This document shows positions 12,029 to 25,353 of a stretch of 64,000 nucleotides of DNA, in pieces. This DNA comes from Raja brachyura (taxonomy: Eukaryota), in contig OY740810.1 of NCBI GenBank assembly GCA_963514005.1, positions 22,320,001-22,384,000 on the forward strand, read 5' to 3'. Both the position numbers and the translations under genes were made by a program. Position 1 is the first letter of the stretch. Each line of letters starts with the position of its first letter. The notes beneath the pieces are model-generated. The model worked only from the letters and a program-made list of their open reading frames with translations, searched no databases and was not told the origin of the DNA.

Positions 12029-13699
12029 ATTTAAGAGGTACTGTCGTTTGTTTACATTGTTAAATAAACCCTATTTCTACATTGAATGCAACGTTACTAC
12101 TAATGCATTTATTTCTCTTTCAAGTTAATCAATGCAGTGGGATGCCGAGATTTGTAATCTGCGGCATGAAAGCACAAAGCTTTGAACTCTTCACGGAATC
12201 ACTCACGTGACTCCGAAGTAAAATAGTAAGATTAAACGAGAACTTACCAATTTGAAGTTTGATCTTGATTTTATGAGGAGTTACGTTGGTGATTATGTGC
12301 CCGCCATGCCTAACCTGCTCTCATAAAGGATCATATGGTAGTTCTCGAGTCACTGATCTTACTATGTACTTCGGTGTTGTTTGTTTGCGATTTCATACCG
12401 CTGCTTTGAAGTTTGGTGCGCATGCGGCCTGGCGGGCCTTCTTCACATAATCACCAACGTAACTCCTCATAAAATCAAGATCAAACTTCAAACTGGTAAG
12501 TTCTCTGTTAATCTTACTATTATAGGTTATTAGCTCTAAGGAAAGGTTGGACAAACTTGGAGTGTTTTTCTCAAGAGCACCAGAACCTGATAGGAATTTC
12601 TAAAATGATGAAAGGCATGGATAAAATCAGAATCTTTTTTCCCACGGTGGAAATGTCAAATATTAGAGGGCGTAGCTTTAAGGTGAGAGGGGGAAAACTT
12701 GCAAAAGATGTACAGGGCTATACTTTTTTCAGAGAGAGTGGTACGTCCCTAGAACACGCTGCCAGGAGTGATGGTGGAAGCAGATACGATAGTGGTGTTT
12801 GAGAGGCTTTTCGACTCACGAACGCACTGGGAATTAAGAGATATAGATCATAACCAGGCAGAAGGGATTTGTTTAATTCAGCACAGACATTGTAAATGAC
12901 ACAGACAGGTTAGTAAATGCAACGTCACCAGATACAGGTGGATGAACAGTGGCAGTGACCAACTTAGTGGGCAAAGGCACAGTACAAGCCAGTTCCTGTG
13001 CTATGCTGTTCTATGTTCTACTATTCTACCGCACTGTCTGCTAATGTGACCCAGTGTCATGGCAGTGAAATCTAAAATTAGAAACACAATGGGGCAGAAT
13101 GCTATTGTGGAAATAATATTAAATATCTCGTGGACCAAGGAGTCCAGTGAAGTTTTCATTTGACAGTAAAGTTGAGGGTAATAGGAGCATTGGGCTACAA
13201 AGAGGCATCTAATGGGACATCACAGCCCGAGAAACAAATAAAGTGGAAATATGATTCATACCATCAAAGTAATAAAGAATCAAAATGGAAGAAAATATTG
13301 AATTGGCTTTAAAGCGCAGAGATATTAGACTCAAGGTTGATACTGCCTACAGTTGAAATTCAATTGACTATGATGGAGGAGTGAGTTTGCTGAATATATT
13401 GAACAAGCTGAGACAAAACACGAGTGACTGCACAATCACATTTATCAAAATATTATAAAACGTAGTTGCACGCAGCCTCTGAAACATAGATTGAGCAAAG
13501 ATATTAGATTCCCAGCATATGCAATCTGTGGTTTTGGAAGGGCAGCAATTGTCAGCAACAACTGGTTTCAATTTTTCTTAATGTCTGTGGTATCGCAGGT
13601 ACGACGCAAATCACTTCACAGATGGATTATCAAGCAGAAATAAGGCTTGCCGAGTCACGGGGGGCTTGCCAAAGCTTGCACAGAGAGACGGTCTTTTGA

Positions 13700-13904
13700 T
13701 GGACACAAAATGCTGGAGTAATTCAGCCGGTCAGACAGCATCTCAGGAGAAAAGTAATAGGTGACGTTTCGAATTGAGACCCTTCTTCAGACCCAAAAAG
13801 TTACCTATTTCTTCTCTTCAGAGATGCTGTTTGACCTGCTGAATTATTCCATCTTTTTGTGTCTATCTTCGGCTTAAACCAGCATCTACAGTTCCTTCCT
13901 ACAC
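13700..13904. mobile_element. Palindromic Penelope-like short element
   Basis: Inverted arms; minus-strand hammerhead core 13763-13790; imperfect ~12-bp TSD (ACGGTCTTTTGA/ACAGTCTTATGA). Confidence 0.6.
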
Positions 13905-14377
13905 AGTCTTATGAAGTACCTTTGAATTCCAAAGCTTAACCTGGGATCAGTAGACATGCCTTGTAAGTTGTACTGGTATCACATTTAGGAATAGGCAAGA
14001 GTGTACAAGTGAATGTGTTTTGGAGGACAGGATTGAGACGTGAGGGGACATTGGCCTTCTAAACTTCCAGTGCACCCCACATCTTCATAGCAATACAAAA
14101 ACACAGACAATAAGACTGATGCAGGCTATTTAGTCCTACAAGCCTGTTTTCCCATTAACATCCATTTTAGAAGCTTGGTCCTGCTTTCTTCCCATAACCC
14201 TTGAACTATTTGATATTGGGAAATATATCTCCATTCACCTTGAATATACTTAGTGGCTTGGCTTCAGGCACGTCCAATGGTTGAAAATTCCACAGGTTCA
14301 GCACCTAGAGTGAGATTCCAGTACTCTCTGTCCTAAATTGAACATCTGTTTAGAACTGAGATTAGATTTACACCCTT

Positions 14378-14602
14378 TAGTTTTAGTTTAGTTTCATTTA
14401 GTTTAGAGATACAGCAGGGAAACAGGCCCTTCAGCCCACCGAGTCCGCACCGACCAGTGATCCCCGCACATTAACACAAGCCTACACACACTAGGGACAA
14501 TTTACACTTATACCAAGTATTCAAACCCAAGCCAATTAAACTACAAACCTGGACGTCTTTGGAGTGTGGGATGAAACCGAAGATCTCGGAAAAAATCCAC
14601 GG
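14378..14602 (-). mobile_element. HE1-type SINE (5' truncated)
   Basis: Reverse-complement tail and body. Confidence 0.8.
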
Positions 14603-15248
14603 TTAGGAGGGAAAGCTACATCAGCCATGATTGAATGGCCGAGTAAACGTGATAGGCCGAATGGCCTAATTCTGCCCCTATCACATGATCTTGAGCACAT
14701 GTCCTCAATAAGAATATATTCAATGTTACAAATTACTTGAACTTGTTTATATCAAATTGATAGAGATATGAGATGTAAGCCTTGCAGCATAGAAATAAGC
14801 TCTTCAGTCTATTGGGTCTATGCTGACCATAATGCCAATTCTCAGCACAACTGCCTGCAATAATTCGATATCCCTCAATATTTGCACATGCAAATATTTG
14901 TCCAGATGCCTTTTGAATGCTCAAATGAAACCTGCCTTCATAACCTCCTCTGGCAATTCATTCCAGTTAACAAATATTAGTTGCGTGAAAAATTTGCGTG
15001 GCCATCAGATCCCCTTTAAACTGCCATATATCTTCCTCACGACCAGTGATGGAAATGGGTTTTAGGAACTGGGGGTACACTAAGGTCCATGAGGCTGAGG
15101 GGTGGTGGAATTTTTTTAATGTGCAGCCATACCCATGTAAGAGTACAAGAATGCATAACTTGTTTATTGTGTATTTGTAATACAGTTTATTGTGTATTAT
15201 ATGTCAGGGCTGCTTTCTTGCATCTCTCTCTCTCTCTCTGCTTTGGTG

Positions 15249-15460
15249 AGGGAAGCAGGTCGGTGATTGGTCACAATGTCCCTTGGAGACTGTGTCTGAT
15301 TGGCCGCTGAGTGACCAGCACATTATGTGATTGGACGCAATGCCCTTGGAGACCGCGGTTGATTGGACAGAAGGAGACCAATTTGTTGATTGGAGTGGAA
15401 TTTTAAGGGAAGCTGGTCGGTGATTGGACGCAACCCCCTTAGAGACAGCGATTCATTGGG
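15249..15460 (-). promoter_or_regulatory. Regularly spaced CCAAT-box array
   Basis: GATTGG at 15265, 15298, 15329, 15361, 15388 and 15422, plus ATTGG at 15455, within repeated units. Confidence 0.45.
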
Positions 15461-16197
15461 TGCCAAATAATCGGGCACAAAAAATTGACAAATAGGAAAA
15501 CAAAAAAAATCGGAATTCCTATTTAAATCTGATATAAGGTACATAGGGCGGGTATTGATTCATTCTAGACAACAGATTAAAAATAATAATCTAATCCCAT
15601 TAATTCACTCAAGGTGTATTATGATGTGTTCTACAGTATGAAGTGTACAGCAAAACTTGCACTTCCAGAGTGGTCTATCGTATTGTTTCATCAGCGGACC
15701 ACTGATTTATTTTAAGAGCAAAACATAAAGTGCTGGAGAACTCAATAGGTCAGGCTAGATCTATGGAGGGTCCAAAGAAGGGTCTTGACCCAAAGCGTCA
15801 CCTATTCCTTCTCTCCAGAGATGCTGCCTGACCCGATGAGTTACTCCAGCATTTGTGTTTATCTATGGACGGAATGCCTAGGCGACGTTTAGGGTCAGGT
15901 CCCTTCTTCAAGCATTTTTTAAGGAAAGATCAAAAATTTCACGTATTTAAATATGTTATTACGAATATAACTAGTACTGTGGGAGAAAATTCCATGAGCC
16001 ATAATTGCCACATACACACCCAAAAGTAGAAATGTAGAAAGTTACAGAGTGTAAAAAAATAGATATTATGAGCTTTGTAGTCTCCTTGTACCAATCAAAT
16101 GCCAAATTCAAAATTCTATATTTTGAAAATGGGCAAAGCTCTAAATCCCTCTTAACATCCCTAAATGACAGGTGCAAATTACTAAATAACGTGGGTG

Positions 16198-16305
16198 GAC
16201 AAAAATGCTGGAGAAACTCAGCGGGTGAGATGCTGCCTCACCCGCTGAGTTTCTCCAGCATTTTTGCCTACCTTTGATTGTTCCAGCATATGCAGTTCCT
16301 TCTTA
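16198..16305. mobile_element. Short palindromic Penelope-like element (second subfamily)
   Basis: GCTGGAGAAACTCAGCGGGTGAG / CTCACCCGCTGAGTTTCTCCAGC hairpin; 14-bp TSD AAATAACRTGGGTG (16184-16197 and 16306-16319). Confidence 0.6.
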
Positions 16306-18130
16306 AAATAACATGGGTGAATGACTGCACACCAGGAAGAAGCCCGTGTTCACGGTCCGGAGCCTTAATGACAGTAAGTTTTAAGAAATTTTCCCGTGAA
16401 TTTTATCGAAAGGAATGCAGCATCATTAATACTTGGTCAAAACACAATTATATTAACTGAGGAATGCAGATCGGTGTATTGGTGACACATAGTATAACTA
16501 CGTGTTAACTACTGGCTGTTAACAAGTGCTAACAGTGGCAGTTAACAAATCGTTTTCGTCTCAGTTCAATCAAGTGATACACAATCCTTCTGCAGTACCC
16601 ATTAAACCTGAGCTGGAATCTGAAAAGTAGGGGAACGTTGTTCCACTGCGTTACACCCCCCCCCCCCCCCCCCCCATTTCCATCACTGCTCACGACCTTG
16701 TCCACCAAACTGTCTATTTTTACTGTAAGGTCTATCTGTTCAACAACACATCCCAGGGTGCTACCATTCACTATATACAGTATACTACAGTCGTTTAGGT
16801 TCACAAAATGCATCGGATCACACTTATCTGAGTTAAATACCAGCTGCCGTTCCCTTGCCCACTTTCCTGACTGATCTATATCATGCTGTAATCATTGCAT
16901 GTTCTCCTGTGACTGCGTGGGTTTCCTCCAGGTGCTCTGATTTCTCCTACATCCCGAAGACGTGCAGATTAGGTTAACGGGCCTCTGTCAATCTCTCCTA
17001 GAGTGGAAGGAGAGGACGAGAATGTGGGACAACATAGAAGTAGTGTGAATAGGTGATGGATAGTTGGTACGGAAACAGCGGGCCGAAGGGCCTGTTCCTG
17101 TGCTGTACCTCCAAGCTAAAAACTAAACTAAACTACCTATTCAAAAATCTCGTAGACGAGCATTGATTGCCTTGTGTTACGATACCCGATCACCTTAATT
17201 TTGGCCCCGACAGTCTTGCAAGCCTTTGCAGTTTACAACCTCATTATTTTCCCTCCTTGCACAATTTAGCAAATAGGATGAGATAATTTGGGTGAAATCC
17301 AGTCCCTTCTGGCTAAAGGGAGGGCCAGATGATGTGTGGCCCTCAATGCCCCGTGATTGTTTGATAGGGACTAAAGACCTGCGAGATATTATTCCCTAAT
17401 AAGTTAGTAATTCCCACTATCAGAGAATGCTTCCCTCCTCATTTGCTGCTTCAATCAAACAGTCCAATTAGGGGATGTTGAATCTCCCTTCTCGAGGTAG
17501 CCGAGCTGGAATATCGATTGTAACTGAGATTCAGATTTGAAGCGGCGGCAAGCTGGGGCTCCAATGCATTTCACTACCCCCCCCAAAAAAAACATTTGAA
17601 ACTGAGACCAGGCTTTCATGATCCAAGCAAAGAATCCCCTTGAAATGCTGGAAAGAAAGCAGCCAATGTCACTCAGTGTGTAGAAAGATAAATCTCACTA
17701 ATCACAGCCTTGAAAAAGAAAAAAAAATATTGATATAAAAGAATTCAATTGGAATACGAATGCGATGACTAAAGCACAGAATAACATTGGCACAGAGTGT
17801 GAGCGAGTGCCGAGCTGCATGCTTCTCACTAAGTGCAGAAAGGGGATTTTCTTGTCACACAACTTCATGCCGGTAATTACAAATAGCAAATATTCAACTA
17901 GTAAAACAGATTAATTAGCATCTGACAGAGACAGATCTCGACTCAATGTGAAGTCTTGCATCCAACTGACTGTATTGACGAGGACAAGGAGAGGACAGTT
18001 GATGAAGGTGAAGAGTTCAAAGATGTAAGCTTTTTGCACAGAGAGTATAATGGACATGAGCTCCAGCATTAGGTTTTGGAGCGCTTTGAAATTGTCCCAT
18101 CATGCCAAGAATTGCAATGATTTTATTAAA

Positions 18131-18450
18131 GGGTGGCACAGTGGTGCAGTGGTAGAGTTGCTGCCTTACAGCGTGTACAGTGCCAAAGGCCCGGATTCAA
18201 TCCTGACAGCGGGTGCTGTCTGTACGGAGTTTGCACGTTCTCCCTGTGACCGCGTGGGCTTTCTCTGAGATCTTCGCTTTCCTCCCACACTCCAAAGATG
18301 CACAGGTTTGTAGGTTAATTGGCTTGGCGTAAATGTAAATTGTCCCAAGCATGTGCAGGATAGTGTTAATGGGCAGGGATCGCTGGTGGGTGTGGACTCG
18401 GTGGGCTGAAGGGCCTGTTTCCGCTCTGTATCTCTAAAACTAAACTAAAA
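18131..18450 (+). mobile_element. HE1-type SINE
   Basis: Full-length match to the other copies. Confidence 0.85.
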
Positions 18451-19139
18451 TTAAAGGGAGCTCCACGTTTGCAATCAGTAGCTTTCTCTCACTTGTGTTG
18501 CCTTAGTCACAGTTTTCTGAGGATGAACAGACTTTCTGGAGTGACAATATGGGTAGAGATAGCAGACGCCTCCGCTGACACTATCACAGAGACAGAATCC
18601 ATAATCACACATGAGCACCACATTTGATGCAATTTCTACTGGAAACAACATGAGTGGAAATTGGCCGTAGGGCTTCACAGGAAGTAAGTGTTCTCTCCAA
18701 GACACATAAACTTTATTTTTAAGCCATCTCTCACACAACACGCCCCATATGCCAACTTGGCTTGCGGTACACACAACCTCCAGGACATACTGATAAAGAA
18801 GTCACAGGTCGAACACTCAGGTAAACAGTGCAAAATTAAAGTACTAAATTGTAAATTGACATCTGAGAGAATGGTGGTAACACACAAAAGAATTTGCAGA
18901 ATCTGTTGAAAAAAAATTTGAGCTGGAAATAGATCATAAAACACATTTTAAGATACAAAGAATGGAAGAGGGATGCTGACTGTCTGAAATTATTCATTGA
19001 AATCCAGAACATGATATTCTTTATATCGTTCTCGACCCGAAACATCGCCTATTCCTTTTCTCGAGAGATGCTGTCTGACCCGCTGAGTTACTCCAGCATT
19101 CTGTGTCTATCTACTGTTCCTTCCTACACAGTTGACATA

Positions 19140-19435
19140 GTTTAGTTTAGTTTATTGCCACGTGTACCAAGGTATGGTGAAAAGCTTTTTGTTGTGTGCT
19201 AACCAGTCAATGGAAAGACTATGCAGGAGTACAATCGAGCCGTCAACAGTGTACTGATACATGATAAAGGGAATAACATTTAGTGCAAAATAAAGTCCAA
19301 TAAAGTCCGACTAATGATTGTCCGAGAGTCTCCTGAGGTAGATAGTAGCTCAGGACTGCTCTTCATTTGTTGATAGGATGGTTCAGTTGCCTGATAACTG
19401 CTGGGAAGAAACTGTCCCTGATCCTGGTGGGCTGG
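19140..19435 (-). mobile_element. Rex1/Babar-type LINE 3' fragment
   Basis: Minus strand encodes RIRDSFFPAVIRQLN; tail GTGGCAATAAACTAAAC. Confidence 0.7.
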
Positions 19436-19904
19436 TGCTGTATAGGAAGAAGATTTGTTGTTCTTTGAATTTCTGTTGAGTTTTGTGGAATAATATAGGA
19501 AGTCAAGAAAGAACCATCAGGCTGGGCATAAGACAAAAGCAACAAATGAAGGGAAATTTAGGATTCCACTTTCAGTCCAAACAAAGATGTTCAACAATGA
19601 ACAAAACATCAAAAGGTTGGAATGATGAAAATCTGCAATAAAAATGGGAACTGCTGGAAACATTCAGCAGGTCAGGCAGCATCTGTGGAAAGAGAAGCAG
19701 TTAATGCTTCAGGTTGGCAACCTCACAAGAGAAAAATCAAACTAGCTTTCAGGAGAAGAGATGGTAGGGGGGTGTAGTGGAACAAAGAGAATATCTTTCA
19801 CAGGATGAGACCAAGTGGGTTCATGGAGCAGTTACCTGCACATTAAGCTTAATGTGTAATGTCTTGTGAATCGGAGGCTGTGGGACCTGCCCTTTGGCTT
19901 ATCA

Positions 19905-20236
19905 AGTCCACACTAACCATTACCATTTTATTTCCCTCTCATTCTTATCAACTCCCCCAGATTCTACCACTCACCAACACTCCAAGGGGAATTAACAATG
20001 GCCAATAAATCTTCCAACACGCAAACCTTTTGTATGTGATTTGTTATGTTATACCAAGCCAATTGATCTACAAATCTTTGGAGTGTGAGAGGAAACTGGT
20101 GATCCTGGAGAATATCCACGCAGGTCACGGGGAGAACGTACAAACTTGATACAGACCAGCACCCATAGTCAGGATCAAACCTGGGTCTCTGGCACTGTAA
20201 GGCATCAACTCTAACGCTGCACCACTGTGCCACCCT
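19905..20236 (-). mobile_element. HE1-type SINE
   Basis: Reverse-complement tRNA-like head at 20236 and SINE body. Confidence 0.75.
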
Positions 20237-20959
20237 GCAGCCTTTTTGATGGTGGAGATAGCAGGTTGGGATGGTGTGACTGAATAGGTTGCCGTATATT
20301 TTGTAGATGGTTTACACTGCAAGCAACTGTGCTTCAGTAGTGGAGGGAATGGATGTTTAGGATGATGGATGGGGTGCCATCCAAGATTAGTCCAAAAAGA
20401 TGTCAAGTCTTTTCAGAGTTCTTAAAACTGCACTCGAACAGGGCAAATAGATCGGATTCCATCCTGCTCAGAACATGTGCCTTGTAGATGGTGTAAAGTG
20501 TCAGAAGATGACTTGCTCTTGTTACCACAGTATTTATTTAACTGATCCTACTGTTTTTCTTTCTCTGTCACCATTGATAATTAGGATATCAATGGTGTGG
20601 AACTTCATAATGATAATGGCATTCAATGTCAACAATTGTGACTATGTGCCCTATTGCTGGAAATTACTATTTTTTGTTACTTTTGGGACACAAATGTAAA
20701 TTGCGAGATGTTAGGAATATAATTGAACATTGTGTAATCGTCAACTGGCTCCCTCACTTCATGATAGACACAAAATTCTGAAGTAACTCGGCGGGGCAGG
20801 CAGCATCTCTGGAGAGAAAGAATGGGTGATATTTCGGGCCGACACCCTTCTTCAGGCTGAGGGTCAGGGGAGAGGGAAACTGGAGAAATGGAAGGGTAAG
20901 GTGTGAAAATGACAGATAAACAGGCGTTCATCAAGGAAATGTAGAATAGTTTATTTTAT

Positions 20960-21440
20960 GAAGGACGGAAGGCCATTAATGAAGCAGCTGAAGATGATTG
21001 GGTGAAGGATGTTGCCCTGAGGAACTCCTGCTGTAACAATCTGAGGCTAGCTTGAATGATCTTCGATAGCTACAACCACCTGTGAGGTATGACTCTAACC
21101 ACTGCATTGATCCCCTTTCTATCGGTTTTACCGGGGCTTCATAATACCATACTCAGTCAAATGTTGATTTCATGTCAAGGGCATTCACCTCTGGAATTCA
21201 TCTGTCTGCTCCATACTTGGACCTAGACTGTGATGAGTGTATGGAGCAGCAGACGTCTTGACAAAATTAAACTGGGCATCAACGAGCAGCTAACTGATGA
21301 GAAAGTGCTGATTGATAGCACTGTGGACAAGAGTATTGATTATGTTGCAGCTGATTGAGAGAAGTTTGATTCAATAGTAATTAGCCAGAATGGATTTGTC
21401 CTGCTTTTGTGAACAAAACATGCCTGAGCGATTTTTACCA
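20960..21440 (-). mobile_element. Old CR1/L2-type LINE RT fragment
   Basis: Minus strand reads AGVPQGNILHPIIFSCFIN; degenerate. Confidence 0.6.
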
Positions 21441-22840
21441 GTTTGGCCTAGTTTTTTTTAGTACTTTCAGTACTATTCCTCGGACATGTCCACTCCCATT
21501 CCCTCTGCTGTATCCAGTGCTCTCAGCTGTTTCTTGATATAATTACCTGATATCACAGTGTGAATTGAATTTACTAAAGGGTGTCTCTGTGATAGAGGGG
21601 ATTGCCAAAGGAAGCTACAATGGATCATCCACTTGGACCTTCCAGCTGCAATTGGAACTGGAATACTAACATGGTTGCAAGTGCACGGATGCTGTCTTAA
21701 AAGTTTCAAAGTACTTAAAATATAAATTTGGATTTGCGAGGCAGTCAGTCAGAACATTCTTCCCAGGTTAGAAATGTCCACCATTGGTTGGGCATAACTA
21801 TAAGGTGAGTAGGGCATAGTTTAATGGAGATAGACGGGGCATCTCCATTTAACTTATTTACCCAGAGGGTGGAAGCAGATATGATAGTGACATTTAAGAG
21901 GCTGTTAGATCGGCACATGGAAGTGCAGGGAATAGAGGAATATGGATCATCTGCTGGCATGATACCTAGGCATGATGTTCGGCACAAACATTATGGGCCA
22001 AAGGGCCTGTCCACACCCGCATGCTCTGTTTACACACTGCAGTCAAGAGAACGTTGCAGTTTAACATACAATCCTACAGTTAGACAATTAATCCTCCAAA
22101 GCTGATTATAATTGTAACCACCCACGGATAATTATCATTGGGTGTGAGAAGTTCCCATTGGCCCTGAATTAAATTTAACCTACATGTCTCCCTCCATTTT
22201 CATGTCCCCTATCTCGCTCCAACTGCTGTAATTGTGCAAACAATTAGGTTGGTTTCTCTGTGGGTGTGTCAGTGGCCTGAAACACTATCTCACTCTCGCG
22301 GGTCAGATTGGCCTGTTCTCATGTGGCTTGTTTCAAGTAAGTGTCATGTGAAACCCATTATTTAGCACAGACCCATCATGCATTCCCACACCCTGTTGTA
22401 GACAATGAACAGGCCTCACTGCAATCCGCTTTGAAGTTAGTATATGTTTCCTCAGACACTGGATAAATCACTTGCTTTGAACATTTTAATTTACCCAAAG
22501 CCCTAAATTGTGTTTGTCTGAACACCCTCCCTGGTGAACAATTGTGTCTGTATCTTGCTTTTCAGTCAGAGATTTAGGTCCTTTTTTTGGAGACTTGGAA
22601 GAATAATTGAGTTTAGCATGGGATTACAGTAGAAACCAGGAACTGCAGACATTGGTTTACAGAAGAAAAAACACAAAGTGATCGAGCAACTCGGTGGATC
22701 AGGCAGAATCCCTGGAGAACATGGAAAGGTGATTTGGGTCGGGACCCTTCTTCAGACTGGTTGTAGGGGTGTGAAGGAAAGTAGGAAGCTGGAAGAGAGG
22801 AGAGCAGGACAAAGGACAAAGTCTGGCAGGTAATAGTTGA

Positions 22841-22976
22841 TGGACGCAAAATGCTGGAGTAACTCAGTGGGACAGGTAGCATCTTCCGTCCAGAGATGCT
22901 GCCTGTCTCGCTGAGTTACTCCAGCATTTTGTGTCTATCATTGGTGTAAACCAGCATCTGCAGCTCCTTCCTACGG
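22841..22976. mobile_element. Palindromic Penelope-like element nested in a related older copy
   Basis: 13-bp TSD AGGTAATAG(T/G)TGA at 22828-22840 and 22977-22989. Confidence 0.6.
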
Positions 22977-23124
22977 AGGTAATAGGTGAATACAGGCAAG
23001 GACGGGGTGGGGGAGGGGGGATTTATAGGTAGATTTCAGAGCAACGGCCAGAGATGAAAAAAAACAGATGTGAGTCAAAAGGATTGAAGATTTGTGAATT
23101 GTGAAGCCAGAGGAAGGAATGCAG

Positions 23125-23430
23125 TACAGTACTAGGGGAGTGCTGCATGGTCAGAAGTGCTACTTTTTCCAGGTAAATGTAACAGATGAGAAAACACGAC
23201 TCATAGGAGCATAGAATTTTCCCACTATAGCTGCAGACCTAGATATACCTCAAACAACTTTGCCAGAACTGAAAATCTGATCACAATCACATTGCTGCTT
23301 CCTGTGCAACAATTGGCTGATTGCAAACTAACAGTAGCTCCACTCTAAATGTGCCTTGATGGCCGTTAAGTGCTTTGAATGTCCCATGGTCATGAAAAAC
23401 CTTATATAAATACAAGTCTTCTTTCTTTCT
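23125..23430 (+). mobile_element. Degenerate SacSINE1/DeuSINE-like fragment
   Basis: GTACT-GGGAGTGCTGCA..GTCAGA-GTGC and 3' GTGCTTTG...TATATAAATACAAGTC motifs, recalled from chondrichthyan DeuSINEs. Confidence 0.45.
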
Positions 23431-23792
23431 CTTCTCCATTCTTTCTTTCTCTTCCACATTTATGATTAACATGAAGGGATGATGATGAATGTGTATCATT
23501 TCTCCCGAGTCCTTGCAGATGGATTTACAGCTCTTTATCAATTAATCTAGATTTTCCCCGAGAGCTATACCCAACGATACAGCAATTTAATGAATACTCA
23601 TCTGGGTCTGTGAGTGCTGTAGGGCCACTTAAGCGGCTCCATCTATAAGGTGCACATAAAGTTTCCAGCCATGTTTCAAGACTTGATTGCATAATTTAGA
23701 ATGGCGCTCAAAAGTGCTACACTGGCAGAGATAGCATTTCTTCAGATTATGTCCTACTGCCGAGAACCACATCAATAAATCTTGCACGCAGA

Positions 23793-25073
23793 TAGAAACA
23801 GAGAAACATAGAAATTAGGTGCAGTAGTAGGCCATTCGGCCCTTCGAGCCTGCACCGCCATTCAATATGATCATGGCCGATCATCCAACTCAGTATCCCG
23901 TACCTGCCTTCTCTCCATACCCTCTGATCCCCTTAGCCATAAGGGCCACATCTAACTCCCTCTTAAATATAGCCAATGAACTGGCCTCAACTACCCTCTG
24001 TGGCAGAGAGTTCCAGAGACCCACTACTCTCGGTGTGAAAAACGTCCTTCTCATCTCGTTCCTAAAGGATTTCCCCCTTATCCTTAAGCTGCGACCCCTT
24101 GTCCTGGACCTCCCCAACATCGGGAACAATCTTCCTGCATCTAGACTGTCCAACCCCTTAAGAATTTTGTAAGTTTCTATAAGATCCCCTCTCAATCTCC
24201 TAAATTCTAGAGAGTATAAACTGAGTCTATCCAATCTTTCTTCATAAGACAGTCCTGACATACCAGGAATCAATCTGGTGAACCTTCTCTGCACTCCCTC
24301 TATGGCAATAATGTCCTTCCTCAGATTTGGAGACCAGAACTGTACGCAATACTCCAGGTGTGGTCTCACCAAGACCCTATATAACTGAAGTAGAACCTCC
24401 CTGCTCCTATACTCAAATCCTTTTGCTATGAAAGCTAACATACCATTCGCTTTCTTCACTGCCTGCTGCACCTGCATGCCTACTTTCAATGACTGGTGTA
24501 CCATGACACCCAGGTCGCACTGCATCTCCCCTTTTACTAATCGGGCACCATTTAGATAATAGTCTGCTTTCCTGTTTATGTCACCAAAGTGGATAACTTC
24601 ACATTTATCCACATTATACTGCATCTGCCAAACATTTGCCCACTCACCCAGCCTATCCAAGTCACCTTGCAGTCTCCGAGCATCCTCCTCACAGCTAACA
24701 CTGCCCCCCAGCTTAGTGTCATCCGCAAACTTGGATATATTGCCTTCAATTCCCTCATCCAATTAATGTATATTGTAAATAGCTGGGGTCCCAGCACTGA
24801 GCCTTGCGGTACCCCACTAGTCACTGCCTGCCATTGTGAAAAGGACCCGTTTACTCCTACTCTTTGCTTCCTGTTTGCTAGCCAGTTCCCTATCCACATC
24901 AATACTGAACCCCCAATCTCTTATGTGGGACCTTGTCGAAAGCCTTCTGGAAGTCCAGATACACCATATCCACTGGTTCTCCCCTATCCACGCTACTAGT
25001 TACATCCTCGAAAAATTCCACAAGATTCGTCACACATGGTTTACCTTTCATAAATCCATGCTGACTTTGTCCA
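23793..25073 (-). mobile_element. CR1/HER1 LINE 3' fragment (RT, with small deletions)
   Basis: ORFs 24899-25102, 24576-24902 and 23890-24762 are nearly identical to the 37-39 kb copy; (ATAGAAAC) tail. Confidence 0.95.
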
Positions 25074-25353
25074 ATACTTGGATTGTATTCATAATGTAAC
25101 ACTGAAGGAGGTACTTATATCAGTTCCCAGTGGAAAACCAGCATCAGTCCAATTTTCCCTGAAGAAGGGTCTCGATCGGAAACATCACCCAATCCTCCTC
25201 TCCGAAGATGCTGCCTGTCCCGTTGAGTTACTCCAACATTTTATGTCATTCCCCCTTTCCTTATTTCCCTTTACCCTTCCAATTTATACCCTTGCATCTG
25301 ATCATCAAGCCTCCCTTTGATTATTTTGCCATCTGTTTACGCTAAGGTGAATG

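Larger units (their letters stand above)
8995..12521 (+). mobile_element. DIRS1-type element with decayed interior (probably non-autonomous)
   Basis: ITRs 9025-9057 and 12414-12446 (1 mismatch); ICR 12188-12299 complementary to the 5' end (37/37) and the 3' end (75/78); ATT at both ends; YR and methyltransferase remnants inside. Confidence 0.92.
8375..13020 (+). mobile_element. Degenerate CR1/HER1 LINE split by the DIRS insertion (8375-8997 and 12522-13020)
   Basis: LINE sequence AGGATGCTGCCTGG-ATT resumes after the DIRS as ATAGGTTATTAGCTCTAAGGAAAGGTTGGACAAAC. Confidence 0.8.

Noticed and set aside
16503-16547. Imperfect palindrome with repeated GTTAAC
   Set aside because: Short, with no TSD or second copy; nothing supports a function
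17928-18024. Possible acidic exon (QCEVLHPTDCIDEDKERTVDEGEEFKD) ending at GTAAGC
   Set aside because: Weak acceptor, no recognisable protein and no partner exons
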